Source of the DNA: Peribolospora baueri
Lineage: Eukaryota
DNA length: 64,000 nt
Assembly (NCBI GenBank): GCA_029717555.1
Contig: JAMDHS010000028.1
Coordinates: 124,001-188,000 of the forward strand
Direction: 5' to 3'
Below, one piece after another: positions 34,701 through 47,587 of the stretch (positions within the stretch are counted from its first letter, which is position 1; each line of letters opens with the position of its first letter). The position numbers and the translations under genes are program-made. The notes under the pieces were generated by a model. That model did not search any database, was not told the origin of the DNA, and was given only the letters and a program-made list of their open reading frames with translations.

Positions 34701-35357
34701 TCGCTTGCCCTGCTGCCAATCCGGCGCCGATGCATCGCGAAAGGTGTGCCTTGCGCCCCTTGGATCCCAAGCAGGACTCATCCCCCAAAGAGCCCAGCCC
34801 TTTGCCGAACCGGACGAGCGCCGAGGTCGAGCGGGTGTGCTTCCAGACCGCTTGAGCGGCGCCCCTGGAGGGCCCCGGACGGAACCCGGTCGCCATGCGC
34901 CGGAAAAATCGCCACCGGGCTCGGAGCCGGAGCGTGCGGCGTGTCTTCGGGTATCGACATGAGTACCCTCTACCGCATGTAGTTCTCGCTCGACAGCGAT
35001 GAGCTCGTCGTCATCGTCGTCATCTAGGACCCGTCGGCTGTCAAAGTCGTCGTGGTCGAAGGGAAAGGTGGCGAGGAAAGGGAGTTCGCCCCTGGATCTG
35101 GTGGCGTCGGAGGACGCCCAAGAAGGATAAGGCGAGCCGGGGTCGGACGGGCGTCTGACGGCGTAACTGGGGAGGTTGGATGCGGATCGGGAAGGGTGGA
35201 GGCGGTGCGAGGGACGGCCGAAGGAGGGCAGGGATGGGGAGCAGGAGGATGGGGAAGCCGCCGCGGAGGGAGGGGAGGAGGAGGAGGAGGAGGAGGAGGA
35301 GAACGACGAACGGGAGCGGTTGTTGACGAGCGAGTCGAGGTAGGTGAGCGAGTTCAT
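31796..35357 (-). CDS. NEM1: Nem1/CTDNEP1-type HAD phosphatase (NIF domain), 4 exons
   Basis: MNSL start; hydrophobic segment [26 protein letters not shown]; catalytic [107 protein letters not shown]. Confidence 0.93.
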
Positions 35358-36401
35358 AGCGGACGGGCGCCAGGGCGTGGCCGTGCGTCAACAGGGGGAC
35401 GATGGTTTGCCCAGCGTCGTCTCGGCTTGAAAGCGGCGAGCTGCTCGTGCTCGTGCTCGTTCTCGCTCGACGACGTGCTGTCTTGCTCTTGGCCGATCGA
35501 TCGATCGGTCGGTCGGTCGGTCGGTCGTCGTCGTCGTCGACGCCGCAAGCTGCGCTGGTAAGGGTGCGAGAGTCAGACGGGCTCGCCGACTGCCCGCGCA
35601 GGGTAGAGGGAGTAAGGAGACGAGATGGTTCGGCGGCCCTCCTCCTCCGTCCGTTCGTTCGTTCGTGTGACCCGGCGGTCAGACGAGGGCGGGGTCGAGG
35701 GAGAGGGAAGGGGGGTGATGGCGCGGACGGCGAGGCTCGCTCGCACGAAGGGGAGGCGGGGAGGCGGAGGGGAGGGAAGGAGGTGCGGGGAGAAGGGAAG
35801 GTGTAAGTAAGAATGATGAGGTGTGGGGGACGACCGAGGTGGAGATTTAGATGGGGAGCGACGACGGCCCAACCTTTGAGGCAGGCCATCGACAACCGCC
35901 GCTCCGCCCGGCACGTGGCCAACAACGTCCGGTCGCAACCATCGCGGCCTGCCGATTGATTGCTTACTCGCCGCGACGCCTGGCCCGCCGGTCCGGCGCC
36001 GTCTCGAGACGGCCTCCGCGGCCCATTCCACCGCCACGATCATCTTCTTCTTATTCTTTCTCTGCCCAGCATAGGACCGCGTCTTGTACGAGGAGAGCCC
36101 GCTCGTGCGACGCTCTCGCCACCACCGCGTTGGGGAGCGGACCGGAAATCGACGGGGCGGCTCCAACTGCGGCGGCACTCTGGGTGGCCGCGGGCCAACG
36201 ACCCGATCCGAGCAGCCGAGGCCGGGGCCGGACATCCGAGATGGAGACGAGCGGTGACCTGCACGATCACCGTCGTGCACGGACCAGCGCGAGGCCGGCT
36301 GGTGCATAAAACGGGATGGGATGGAGAGGTAGACAGACAGACAGACAGATGGTAGACACGTAGTATTCGGAAGGACAGGTAAGGTGACAGACAGAACAAC
36401 C

Positions 36402-38014
36402 ATGGCCTTTCGCACCACCACCACTTCCACCTCCACGCGCACCACCCTCCGCCTCCCTCTCCGCAAGTACTCGCGAGCTACGCACACACTCGCCGCCGCC
36501 CGCGCGTTCGCGTCTCCTTCCCCTCCGAGGTCTGCTCTGCTCGTCGCTGTTCCCTCCTCCTCTTTCCTGTGGTGGCTCGCAGCTCATTGCCGTTTCTATC
36601 CCACATATACAAGCTCTGGCTCCAGTCAGCTTGTCGCAAGCGCCAAAGACGACGCTGCCGGCCGAGAGGCTTCTCTCCAATGGCACCACTTCGACCGGCC
36701 CGCGCTCGAGTGCAGGGTCGAGATCGTCGAGACGACCACCCAAGGCAGTCAGCAGGGTGATCAGCTCGCCTACTTCCTCCACGTCGACTGGCACGTTCTC
36801 GGCCGTCCTGCGATGGACGAGCTAAGCGATCCGATGCCTCGCGCTGGACCGCGGCCGGAGGGGAGCCCAGTCGGGGAGACCGGACACACGGTCCACCTTG
36901 TGAGCGCTCCGCGAGGGACTCAATCTCTCGCCCAGCTCCAAAACTAAGGCTTTTGAGGTCCTGCGTCGTCGTCTGCTCTCAGGAAGCCATCAATCTCACC
37001 GCGCTCTCCTCCATGACCGCCGTCGCCGTCGAGACGCCCTCGTCACAGTCGCAGGCCGAGACCATGGCTTGGACGACGGATCGCAGCGGCGTCAAAGCCA
37101 AGGGCAAGGACCCCGTGTTGGAGCCCGAGAGGGAAAGGGCCCGACGACAACTCCCACTCAAGGCTATGTACAGACGCAACGTTGTCGGCATTCGCTATCT
37201 CGCTAGTGGCCCCGGTGTGGCCCAGACGGTGAGTATATGCGTCCCCCCTCCGCTCTTCCAGGAAAGCATCCCCATCATTTGCTCGACGGGTCCTTCGTTC
37301 ATCCTATCCCCATTCGCCTCCCTGCTCTCCCACCAGTCCCACCCACGCTTCCGCCGCTTTCAGCTTCGTTTCTCCTCCGCTGCCGACGCAGCCGCCTTCG
37401 TACACGCCATCTCGCCAGTCTGTCCCGTCAAGGAGGCTCCTCCTCTTTCTGGCCCTCCCCCGCCCCTGGCACCACCGCCTGTCCCTCCCGCCCCAGTCTC
37501 GGTCAAAGTACCTGGGCCTGCGCCTCCTAAGGCTGCACCTCCACCACCATCACCTCCAATACCGTCGCCACCACCACCACCACCACAGGCGTCGCCACCG
37601 TCAACACTCGGGCACACTCCCGCTCCTTTTTACCCGTCACCTACCCCGCCCCCCCAAGAAGCCCCGGACCCCGCCGTCGGCCCGTGCCACCCGTTCGTCC
37701 CCTCCCAGCCGTCACGACACCCGCCACCGACGTCTTTCGCCCCCTTCGTCCCCCTCCCGTTTCCAGGCCCACCACCGACGGGCGTGTACCCCAATTTCGT
37801 TGTCGCTGCCCCACACGAGCACGGGGGGTGGCAGGGAAGAGGTCACGCCGTCACTCAACACTACGCGCCCGTCGACGCGTACGCCCCCGGACTCGTCGCC
37901 GCCGACCGAGACCGGGCGCTCGCCGTCCTCTCCGTCGTTCTGGCGGCCGCTGAGATGCACCCACACGGACAGGCCGAATGGTTCCTTGCAAGCCTGTTCT
38001 ACTTCCTCCAATAG
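36402..38014 (+). CDS. Probable meiotic recombination protein, Rec114/Rec7-like (PH-fold N-terminus, Pro-rich tail)
   Basis: Ordered motifs LPLRKYSR, LQWHHF, LPLKAMYRRNVVGIRYL and FRRFQLRFSSAADAAAFVHAISPVCP recall Rec114 signature motifs. GT-AG introns are present. The family call rests on motif recall only. Confidence 0.55.
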
Positions 38015-38224
38015 GGTAACCTCTCACACCTCTCACAGCGCCAGCCAGCCAGCCGTTTACATAGCTAGCTAGAACGGAACGGGTCGGGATAGCACACGTC
38101 GGCTGCGTTCGGCATTCAGTCTCGTCCCCTGAGCCTGTCTGTCAAATCATCCTATCGTGGCTTGTACATCTGTATGCACATCACCTATCTCTGCGAACAA
38201 CGAGAGAGCATCACACGAAAGCTA

Positions 38225-40619
38225 CTAGGCCACCTCTTTGGCCTCCTTCTCCATAACTTCCTTGAGCTTTTGCGCAGCGCTCTCCGTTTTCACCTTGACG
38301 CGGAAGTGCACGCCCTTGCCTGTTTCGTCGAAGCCGAGGAAGGTGAGGAAGCCCTTGGGCATCAGCGTGGCGGAGAAATCGCTGTAGAGGTTGAAGTTCT
38401 GGCGAACGGAGAAAGAGAAATAAAGGACATCGGATGGAGTGTCAGCGCCTCACTCGCTCTTTCCCTCCTGCGTTGGACCATCACCGGCTCCGTAAGCCGC
38501 CCACGAAGGGCACTCACCATCATGACCAGTCCGCTCGGATCGCCTCTCACAAGGATCCTCCTCCGCTTCTTCCCATTGTCACCGCTAGCCTTTTTGACCC
38601 TCAAGATGCCGATCCCCATCTCCTTGAACTGCTTGTCCTCGCTGAGCCGCCAAACCTTGCATCGCACCTCGTGCACCTGCTCCTCTCCCTCCTCGCCTTC
38701 ACCCGTCTGGTATTGGCTCTTGGAGTTGGCCGGCGCGTCCGGATCCGCCAGCGTGTTCGTCACCTGCTCCTGCTGTGCGCTGTCGCCCGTCCGGCCCGAA
38801 GAGGACGGCTCTTCGCTGCTCTGCGCACCATCCTCCACCTTTTTCTCTGCCGCTGCGGCCGTAGAACCGGCTGTTTCGCCAAACTTGATAGGTTGAGCTC
38901 CAAATTTAAACATACCGGGCGATGCCACGCCGGTGGTGTCGGCCATCTTCTCGCCCATTCCCGTTGGTGAGCTCGTCGCCGATGACGTCGAACCGAAGCT
39001 GCCTCCGAAGGAAAATGTAGGGCTCTTGAAAGCCGACGGCGTACCGGCCGCCGCTCCGAAGGTGAAACCTGGCGTGAGTTTGCTGCCAGGAGAGGGCGTG
39101 GAGGGAGGAAAAGAGGTAGAGCTCGATCCCGCCGACGTCTCCTTCTGAGGCGATGAACCAAAGCTGAAAGGGGAGGCCTTAGGTGCGGGAATGGATGCGA
39201 AAGCCGACCCGCTCGCTCCGGTCGTTGCAGGAGCAGACGTGGATGGTGCGCTGGTAGTCGCCACAGACTCCTTCCCTGTGGCCGGCTTCGACGAATCTGG
39301 GTTCGTCGCAGCCTCCATCTCCGCGCTGTCCGTTCCTGTTGATCCCGACTTGTCGCCTGCCTTGGCGGACAAAGTCGGAACGAAAGGTTGGGAGGACGAG
39401 GAAACACCGAAGCTAATGTTGAGCTTCTTTGGAGACGCGTCCGGTTTGCCCTCCGCTTCTGCTGACTTCTCCTGAGGCTTCGGTGCCGCGCTAGAAGCGG
39501 GCGAGCCAAACAGGCTCCAAGAAGGGGCCGAAGACGCGGCGGTGGTCGAGGTAGGGGCAGATGTCAAAACAGATTTTGGGGCAAACGTCAAAGGAGCTGA
39601 TGCCGGCGTGAAGAAGGACGGCTTCAGGGCGGAAGTACCGGGACTGGAAGAAGTACTTGATGGTGGGAAAGTAAAGGGTGATGCAGTTCCTGCAGCCGTA
39701 GTCGAGGGGGGGTTCGAGAATGATACAGATGTGGTGGTCCCTGCCGTCGTCGTCGAACTGGTCCCTGGCTTAATCTGACCATCGACCGCCTTCGCGAATG
39801 GCGCGTTAGACTCCAAAAAGTGGACTTTTCGGCCTGCGCCGGCCTCAGACGCTACTGGGGTCTCGCCGCACCACCTGTCCACCGCCTGCTCCCTCTTCTT
39901 CGCGTAATCACTTGCGATGGCATGAAGGAGAGGAGTAAAGTTGAAGAACATGTCCTTGTCAAGCGTCTCCAGAATGAGCTGCTTGAGACTGAGGTTGAGC
40001 GATTTCATCCATCGCAGGTAGTCCAATTGGAATTGTACGGGCGGCATCTCACGCAGACCAGCGGGAAGTTGGCTGGTTGAAAGGTTCTGGAATGGAGCAT
40101 TGGTCGTAGCTGTGGACTGAGGCGCAGTGGATGGAACAGACAAGGGCGTTGACGCGGCGCTCTGGCGAGCAAACGCTGGCAAGGGCGGAGCGTTGCCTCC
40201 CATCGGCTGGGAAGGTGACGGACCCACCGCAGGTGGAGTCGCTCGTGCGCCGAACCTCTTCGGCAGCCCTCTTATTCTGAAGAAACAGAGTTGCGAATGC
40301 AAATGTGCCGTCAGCTTTGGACTGATTACACAAAGTTGAAGCATTCATTGTGACGCACTTTCGTCCAGCAAGCGTCCGATCGTCCGCGAACTGTGACCCT
40401 GACGAAGGCGTTGGTTCGTCCTATCAAATTGCAGAGGCCAAAGATACGTGAGGACGATCCTCAACCGTCCGTAACAACCACGCGCTCATGAGCCAGGACG
40501 AGCCAGGGCTTCAACCATCAAAGGGACCGCTCACCGCCCGATCGTTCACTCACCTCTCCACCACTGTCCCGTTCAGCATCGTCTTTGATCAGCTGCTTCT
40601 CCGCAGCCCGCTTTCCCAT
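38225..40619 (-). CDS. NUP2: Nucleoporin Nup2/Nup50-like (N-terminal importin-alpha-binding region, FG/FSFG repeats, C-terminal RanBD), ~4 exons
   Basis: Exon 1 MGKRAAEKQLIKDD; RK|IRGLPKR; FSFG/FTFG/FKFG repeats; GEGEEGEEQVHEVRCKVWRL...EMGIGILRVKK...RILVRGDPSGLVMM|NFNLY. Confidence 0.9.
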
Positions 40620-41001
40620 CTTGACCTACGATACGAAAGCGTCAAAACGTGAAAACAATGATAACCGTTTCGAAGGAGAAGGAAGAGGGTTGAGGTGAGA
40701 ACGGCTCTGGATGGACAAGAAGTCAATGCGGACGGAGATCGCACCAACGCGAGAACGAGCGCTCCGCGTGCACTACGGAACCAACTTCCTGCGGCACGTC
40801 TATCTCCGCCCCAAGCCGACAAAGTGCGCTCGGCAAGAAGTACGCGTAACACGCTCTCCTGCCGCAGCGGGGGCACAAGACCGGTCCAAGGACAGCCATC
40901 TACGCCGGCGTCGTTCACGACGAGGTCGAACCGTCGCCCCCTCGGTTCTCTCCATCTCATTCATACCTCACACGCCCACGCCTACTACGTACACGACGGG
41001 A

Positions 41002-41372
41002 ATGAGCATGCTTGGCCGTATTGTGCACTACGCGGCCGACGCCGTCCTTCTTTCCACCGTCTTGGCCGGCATCAAGCGCAGCAGCGGATACACGTGAGTG
41101 CGGCGACGGACTTTCTCTTTCCGGCGGCTGGCTGGGCTGGTGACGGATAAATGGGCGGGCCATCTGATCCCCTGCCTCTTACCCGTTGCCCTGCCCCTCC
41201 GAATCTTCTGTCGCATATGGCCCTGCCGGCACGAACCACCAGTGTGGACACCTCCAAACTCTCCGACCCGACACTCAAGGGCGCGGCGGAGAAGTTCCTG
41301 GGGGTGGGCGAGACGGTGTTCGACACGACGCAAGCAGCGGTGCATCAAAGCACGTGGTTCAAGAAGGCATAA
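41002..41372 (+). CDS. Small DUF1748-family fungal protein, 2 exons
   Basis: MLGRIVHYAADAVLLSTVLAGIKRSSGYT|..VDTSKLSDPTLKGAAEKFLGVGETVFD...WFKKA* fits the DUF1748 pattern. Confidence 0.85.
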
Positions 41373-41628
41373 GCACGTTGGCGGGTCCAGTTGGCAATGA
41401 TACAGGGTCTGCATTTCCTGGAGGCGAACGGAGTAACACGAGATGGACAGAATGACCGTGCATGACAGCGGAAAGGGGATGGTGGACATGGGTTTGGCGG
41501 GATGATAACCAAGAGAGAAGCGAAGGGGGGCCAGAAAAAGAGACAAGGACGATAAAAACACAAACCATGTGAAGTGTATCGGAGGCGAAGAGAGCAAGGC
41601 GAAAAGAAGGGAACCAGACCGCGAGTCG

Positions 41629-43194
41629 CTATCGTCTCGTGTCCGTCATTCTTGACAGCGAGCTCAGCCCGCCCTTTCCAGCGCTCCCTCCACCGCTCCA
41701 AACCCGCTTGAGCGTCGCCGCCTGCTGCTCGACCACTTCCGCCAATCCTGCGGCGAAGCCTCCTGTGCCGGACGGCGTTCGTTCGCGCTGAGTGGGCAGA
41801 TCGGCGGAGGCGAGCGAGCGGGTGCGGTGGAGCGGGGGTCGCAGCACGCCGCTGCTGCTGCCGGGCGGGGGAGATACATCGCTCGGCGATCTTCTGACAC
41901 CGCCGGCACCGTACAGCGAGGACGCGAGTCGGTAGCCGTCGCTAGGCCCAACGCTCCACCGAGGTGTCTTAGCACCCCCACCACCTCCTTCTCCGCGCTT
42001 CGTCCACAGGCCTTTGGCTGCAGCTAGACGCTGAAAACTCTGCTTCTGGGGGTCAGCATATCTCCGTGTCATCCGATGGCTTCGCGCCTGGCCGAGCGCC
42101 GCCGCCGTCACTGCGAGCACTCGGACGTGGGGCGGCTTGAGGTACTGCCACTTCGTTTTGCCTGCCTGAGAAGACACGCCGCCGACGCCGTCCGGCATGG
42201 ACGCGGTGGGAGTCGTGGGCGACTCCACCTCGTCCTCCTCCACCTCCTCTTCCGACGCGCCATCTGAAGGTGTACCTTCCGGACTAGCGTCGTATTCCGG
42301 GTCGAGCGGGAACGCATCCTTGCTGGTGGTGGTGAGGGCGTGGATGAAATGGAGCGGCATGGGCGTAGGCGACGAACTAGCGCCGATCAGCGCACCCGCC
42401 TCTCCGCCATCCAACGTCTGCCTATGGCCCAACGCTGCAGCCGCGGCTTTGCTTCCCGGCCCGGCCCCCGCAGCCTGCAGCGCAGCCCAAGAAGGGTCGA
42501 GTTCTGTGAATGCAGGCGCGAGGAGGGCGTCATTGAGCGGGTGGGGCGACAGCGGCGGACCGACCAACGCGTACGGCAAGGAGTAACGCATCTGGCGGGA
42601 CCCATCAGAAGGGTTTCCCTCGCCCTCGCCCTCGCCTTCAGTGTTCGACTCCACCGGTACGGGCTCAGGCAGATCCGAGCCCTTGGTCTCGAAACGGCTC
42701 ACAACCGCCTTATCCGGTCTCCATGCGGGAAGCCTGGCGGGGGAGCCGCCGGAAGGCAAGCCGGGGGAGTGCAAGCTCGAGCCAAAGCTGCTGCCGCGCA
42801 CCGTCGTCCGATCGTCCACGCTCGCCTTGGTCGCACGCAGCTTAGTGGCCAGTTTGGCAGCATCTGCAGCTGTCAGACTCTGCGAGCTCGCCACCCTTCG
42901 TCGTTCCGGCGCGGCAGGAGACCGATGGGGCGGCAGTGGAGAAAGGCTATCCTCCTGTGTCTGCCCTAGCGTCCCAGTCAGCGCAGTCTGTAAATCAAGC
43001 TTGGGTGCAGCGGCAGTGCCTGGCGCAGTCGTGAATAGTCCGCTGAGCCGGTGGGAAGAGGTGGAGCGATGGGAACGGAGGGATGGAGAGCGAAGGGATG
43101 AAGAGGGGAAGGATGGGCTGCGCTCGGAGGGCGTGACGGGGTCCTGGGCGCGCACTGTCGTCCGCGTGGGTGGGGTCGACTCGGAGAGCGACAT
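41629..43194 (-). CDS. Hypothetical Ser/Pro-rich protein (521 aa)
   Basis: Single long ORF with ATG and coding-like composition. No clear domain apart from a short helical motif RSHRMTRRYADPQKQSFQRL. Confidence 0.7.
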   Translation of the reverse strand: MSLSESTPPTRTTVRAQDPVTPSERSPSFPSSSLRSPSLRSHRSTSSHRLSGLFTTAPGTAAAPKLDLQTALTGTLGQTQEDSLSPLPPHRSPAAPERRRVASSQSLTAADAAKLATKLRATKASVDDRTTVRGSSFGSSLHSPGLPSGGSPARLPAWRPDKAVVSRFETKGSDLPEPVPVESNTEGEGEGEGNPSDGSRQMRYSLPYALVGPPLSPHPLNDALLAPAFTELDPSWAALQAAGAGPGSKAAAAALGHRQTLDGGEAGALIGASSSPTPMPLHFIHALTTTSKDAFPLDPEYDASPEGTPSDGASEEEVEEDEVESPTTPTASMPDGVGGVSSQAGKTKWQYLKPPHVRVLAVTAAALGQARSHRMTRRYADPQKQSFQRLAAAKGLWTKRGEGGGGGAKTPRWSVGPSDGYRLASSLYGAGGVRRSPSDVSPPPGSSSGVLRPPLHRTRSLASADLPTQRERTPSGTGGFAAGLAEVVEQQAATLKRVWSGGGSAGKGGLSSLSRMTDTRR

Positions 43195-43789
43195 GGCGTC
43201 ATGAAAGGGAGGACGAGTGAACAGCGACTGTCACCAGGAAACGTACGAGGAGCCGCGGACAGGGTGACGAAGAGAATGTTTGAAGTGGAGAGTCGGCGAA
43301 GGGATCGGCTAGATGACACTGGGTAACCCTAACTCGGTCGATCAATACCCGTCGAGGTCGGCGAGGGAGCGTTTTCTGAACCCGATCGGACTGATGTCGT
43401 ACCTCTTTTCCCCCTCCTGCATGATACTCAGTGTCGTCATCAGCATCGACCCTATCGTCGCTCAACTTGAAGTAAAAGTGGCAGGCTAAAGTCGCCTAAG
43501 TTCGGCTGATATTTTGCTATGGAAACACAGGGAACAACAAGAGTACACGACCGCGGAGCAAAGCACACACGACCAGAGGAGGTCGATCAACAAACAGAAT
43601 CGAGAAGCGGCTCAGAGACGGGAGACAAGCAGAGGGTGTGGCGTGTCGAAAAGGGTAAAAGAGAAGGTAGAAAAATATAAAGGGGGTGGAAAGTGAAGGA
43701 GCGACGGCGAGCAGCGCGTGCACGATGGCCTCGCGAGACTATTAAAAGCGGAATACTAGGTACAGGGTGATGGAACGAATCCGGTTTGC

Positions 43790-46317
43790 TTAGCCAGCTT
43801 TGGCGGGCGTGGGCAAGGGCTGGTTCTCGCCCACAATGGTGAAGGCGGCCGAGTGCCAGCCCTCGCCTTCCTGAACGGCCGACTTGCGAGACTCCAACTT
43901 CTTCAGCCACGAATCGGGGTGTTCCTCGTTGATCATGGACTCCCGACGGTCGGTGACAACCTTGAAGGTGCCGGTGCCGGGGGCCTTGGAACCCGTCTCG
44001 GACTTCTTGCGCTCGAATATCTCCTTGACGACGTCCGTGCGGGTCCTGTCCTCCGAGGCTGCCGCCTCGTCCATGCGGTCACGGATAGATACGAGCTGCG
44101 TGTTGAGGTTCTCGAGGGCGGTGCGGAGGCCGTCTTGAACGGCCTTCTGGATCTGCTTCTTGATTAGGCTCTTGGCGAGAGGGCGAAGTGTCTTGTAAAG
44201 CGTGTTGTGTTTCGATTCGCGCACGGCAAAGGTGAGCTTGTCCACTTTGGCCTTGGTCTTCTTCACCACGAAGATGTTGCGCGACTTCTGGCCCGCAGGC
44301 GCGGAGCCCGCTTCGAGCTCGACCCTAGCGCTGATACCTGAACCACCGAGGAAGACGTCGGCGACACCGGAGTCGCGCATCTTGGGGAAGCCTGACTTCT
44401 TGGAGAAGTAAAAGCACACGTCGCGCATGTCCGCCTGGACCTGGCTGAAGCTGATCGTAAAGTTGTGCTTCTGGAAGTCACCCAGAGTGCTGTACGGCGA
44501 GAGTTTGAAGTACGAGTGCTGGTCGATCTCAAACAGGTTAGGCATCAGGTTTTGACCCTCGAGCGTGAGGTTCTCGATGACAAGGTCGATCATCTTGTCC
44601 GAGTATTCCACACGGGGGATCGGGATGTAACCGACATGCTCGAGGAGTGAGGGAAGAATGGTAGAGCGGATGTCCTGCCAGAGGTTGGGCTTGAACGTCG
44701 GCTTGCCGTCGGCGTCGAGGAAAAGATCCTTGGTGAGGCGCTTCCAATCCTCGCCAAACTTGACATTCAACGGATCCTCCGCCATGCCCTGGAAGAAAGT
44801 ATGTATGCGGTCGAAGAGCAAATCCTTGTGGGGCTTGTACTTGGCTGGGCGACCTTCCTTGTCCGTGACGAAGAACAGTTTGCCACTGTCGCGCAGTCTA
44901 CGGGCCTCGACGTTTGCCTCGTCCCTCATAACGTAACCGGGCTCCTGGAGTATGGCGCGTAGGTACTTGTCAAGGTCCTTGAACCACTGGCGCAGCTCGG
45001 CGTCATTCTTGACATCCTCGTAGATCTGGTCGATAGCTTCGAATATAGGCTTGGTCGGCCGTCCATTGGCGAAACGCTCGATGAGCGTGAGGAAGGATCC
45101 TTCCGCCTTGGCCCAGTTGGAGTCCCTGCGGACGGCGCCGACACCGTCGCCGCCCTGACCGGCAAGAGCACCAGCATGACCCTGGTATGTCTCGGCGGTG
45201 GTGAGGAAGAAGTCGATGGCGTCTTGGTAGTCGCGGTGGCGCTGAATCTCGACGATAACCTTCTTGAGGCGGAAGATGAACTGGTCACGCCTCTCTTCAG
45301 GGAACTTGTCCTTGAGGTACTCTTTGCCCTTATTGAACTGGTCCTTGACACGATTGCGGTGCTCCTCAGGGATGCGGTCGCGGAGAGCAGACATCTTCTC
45401 CTTCGCCGTCTTCTTCGATTGCTCCCGAGCCGCCTCCGTATCCTTCGTCGGGTCGGTCGAGGCCACCTGCTGATGAGCGTCCAGGGCTTCCGCCCTCGTC
45501 TCATCGGCAGCATGGGCGGCCTTGTCCTTCTTCTTCCCAAAGGTAGGAGCATCAATAAACTGGTCCGCCGGCGCAGGCTCGTCGACCTTGTCGAGATGCT
45601 CTTGGTTGGGACGAGCGGCGTTGGCGGCCTTCACGGCGGTATCTGCAAAGATGTCGCGACCGACGATGCCGGCGTCTTCAAGCAGCTTGCGTGCCTCAGC
45701 ATTAGTGAGGAGGAGCTTCCCAAGAGTGCGGAAAGACTCAGCAGCCTTTGTGGCGTCGGACTTGCGCTCATCCTTCGAGACGGGCACGGTGCCACCCTTG
45801 GCGGCCGAGTAGTCCGTCAAGCGAGTATGGTAGAGGAAGTTTTGCACTGTGGGTGAACCAACACGATAGCAGTGTCAATACATCAGCCCGTCGCTCGCGA
45901 AACCAAGAATGGTTCGACGACAACTCACGCTCCTCGTCACTGTTCTTCTGCGCCACGATTTCCTTCGCGGTAGTAATCACATCGCGCACATCGCCGACGA
46001 GCTTCTTCCCCTCCGGGCTAAGCTTTTCGAGGTCGACGGGAGAGTGAGAGAGCACATAGTCGAGCGTCTCTTCGATCTGCTTGTTGTCGGGATAACGGCC
46101 CTCGCGAAAAGCCTGGATGACGCCGATGAACCGAAGCTTTCGGTCGACGTCAGCGGCCTTGAACTTGGGGTCCGTGGGCTTGGTGACGGCGTCCTGCATG
46201 AAGAAAGCAGGGAACGGGACCTGTCATAAGGTGTGCGTTGATTAGAGGAATGAGAGGGCTACTCACGCCGGCTGGATGCTCAGAGACCTGAGCCTGAGCG
46301 GGAGGGACAGTGGACAT
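43790..46317 (-). CDS. HAM1-like protein (DUF5923 + DUF4449; BPI/TULIP-like fold), 3 exons
   Basis: DVDRKLRFIGVIQAFREGRYPDNKQI, KNSDE|LLQNFLYHT, ERRDQFIFRLKKVIVEIQRH.DY, YIPIPRVEYSD..DLVIENL, KKSGFPKMRDSGVADVFLGG; strong codon bias. Confidence 0.88.
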
Positions 46318-47464
46318 TTTGTGGGTTGAAGTTGGTTTGAGACGAAAGCGAAAAAATGTGTTAAGGTAGAGTGGCTTGGCAGAGGAGTGGAGTGAGAGCT
46401 TAATGACGGATTGTGAGAGGGCGTCTGCGTCCAGGAAGTGTGCAAATGTATACGGCTAGGACGAATGAAGTGGGTGAACGCCCAACGGTTGATGGTGGGA
46501 GGGAGGGTGTAACAAGGTAGCGGCGATGAATGCGGATGGTGGTGGAAAGCGAGGAAGGGAGGATAAATGCTTGTCGCTTGGTCGTCCGCCTCGGTCTTAT
46601 ACTTATGGGTCTCACTTCAGGCAAGGGGCGGGAACTCGATCGAGAGGTGAGCTGAGCTCAGCTTGCGCGAAGGTGACGACGGAGCCCCAAAATGACTTCT
46701 TCCCGGATCAAGCAAATCGGTTTCCGCCAGCCTATCCTGCCGCACACCCCACCTCACACCCCGCCGGCCGCATTTCCACTTGTTTCCACCCGTCCTTATC
46801 CAGGACTGAAGGCCATCTCCGCTCTTGGGTTCGGTGAAAGAACAGCGCTCAAGACAGCTCGGCTTGTCTCACCTGCGAACGCGATGATCATTCAACTCGA
46901 TCGTCCGGCCAACTCTGGCCTCACACCGCTCCCACTACCTTCCAGCAACCAGCATCGACTATACTGACCTTGACCCCGCACTGATGCCAACCCCGTCTCC
47001 ATCCCAGGCAACGAGGGGATGAGCAACGTCAACGTGATGACGAAAGGATTACGAAAATCGGATTCGGGTCGATCGAAGACGCATGCGGAAGATCGACGCG
47101 ATCGGTTACGTCATCGTCGTCGGGTTTATATTAGTAATCGACAGCACGTGATCAGCCGCAGTCGCTTCCAAAGGGGCACATGCAAAAACCCGGGGGGACC
47201 GCCTCGGCTTAGTCGTACACATTAACTTTCTTCCTAATTATTAGTCCTTTGCTAATACCATATACGGCTGATTAAGACAGGAAAGTCCTTTTAGGCTTCG
47301 AAGCGTCCTTCCTTCCCCGGTCAAACTGTCACGGGGGCCGAGATGGATGCAGATAAAAAGGAGAAAGCCCGTCGCCGGATGCGATGTCCGTGGCCAGCGC
47401 GGCGATGACGGATGCGGAAGACGTAACCGGAAGACGCAACAATGACAACATAGCTGCGGCGTAT

Positions 47465-47493
47465 GTCACGTGCTGATGTACACGTCACGTGAT
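47465..47493. promoter_or_regulatory. Tandem GTCACGTG E-boxes (Cbf1/bHLH-type) upstream of MRPS9
   Basis: GTCACGTG at ~47465 and GTCACGTGA at ~47484, about 100 bp before the ATG. Confidence 0.4.
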
Positions 47494-47587
47494 CATTGGG
47501 TCGGCGTTAAGCGGCGCTTCAAGCCGGCCTGAGGAAGAACTTGCTGGTCGACACAGTAGTAGCTTTCCGATTTCGACACCGCTCGTC

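Noticed and set aside
1466..45856. Many long antisense ORFs over real genes (e.g. 1466-2032, 4516-5289, 45176-45856)
   Set aside because: Expected shadow ORFs from high GC3 codon bias.
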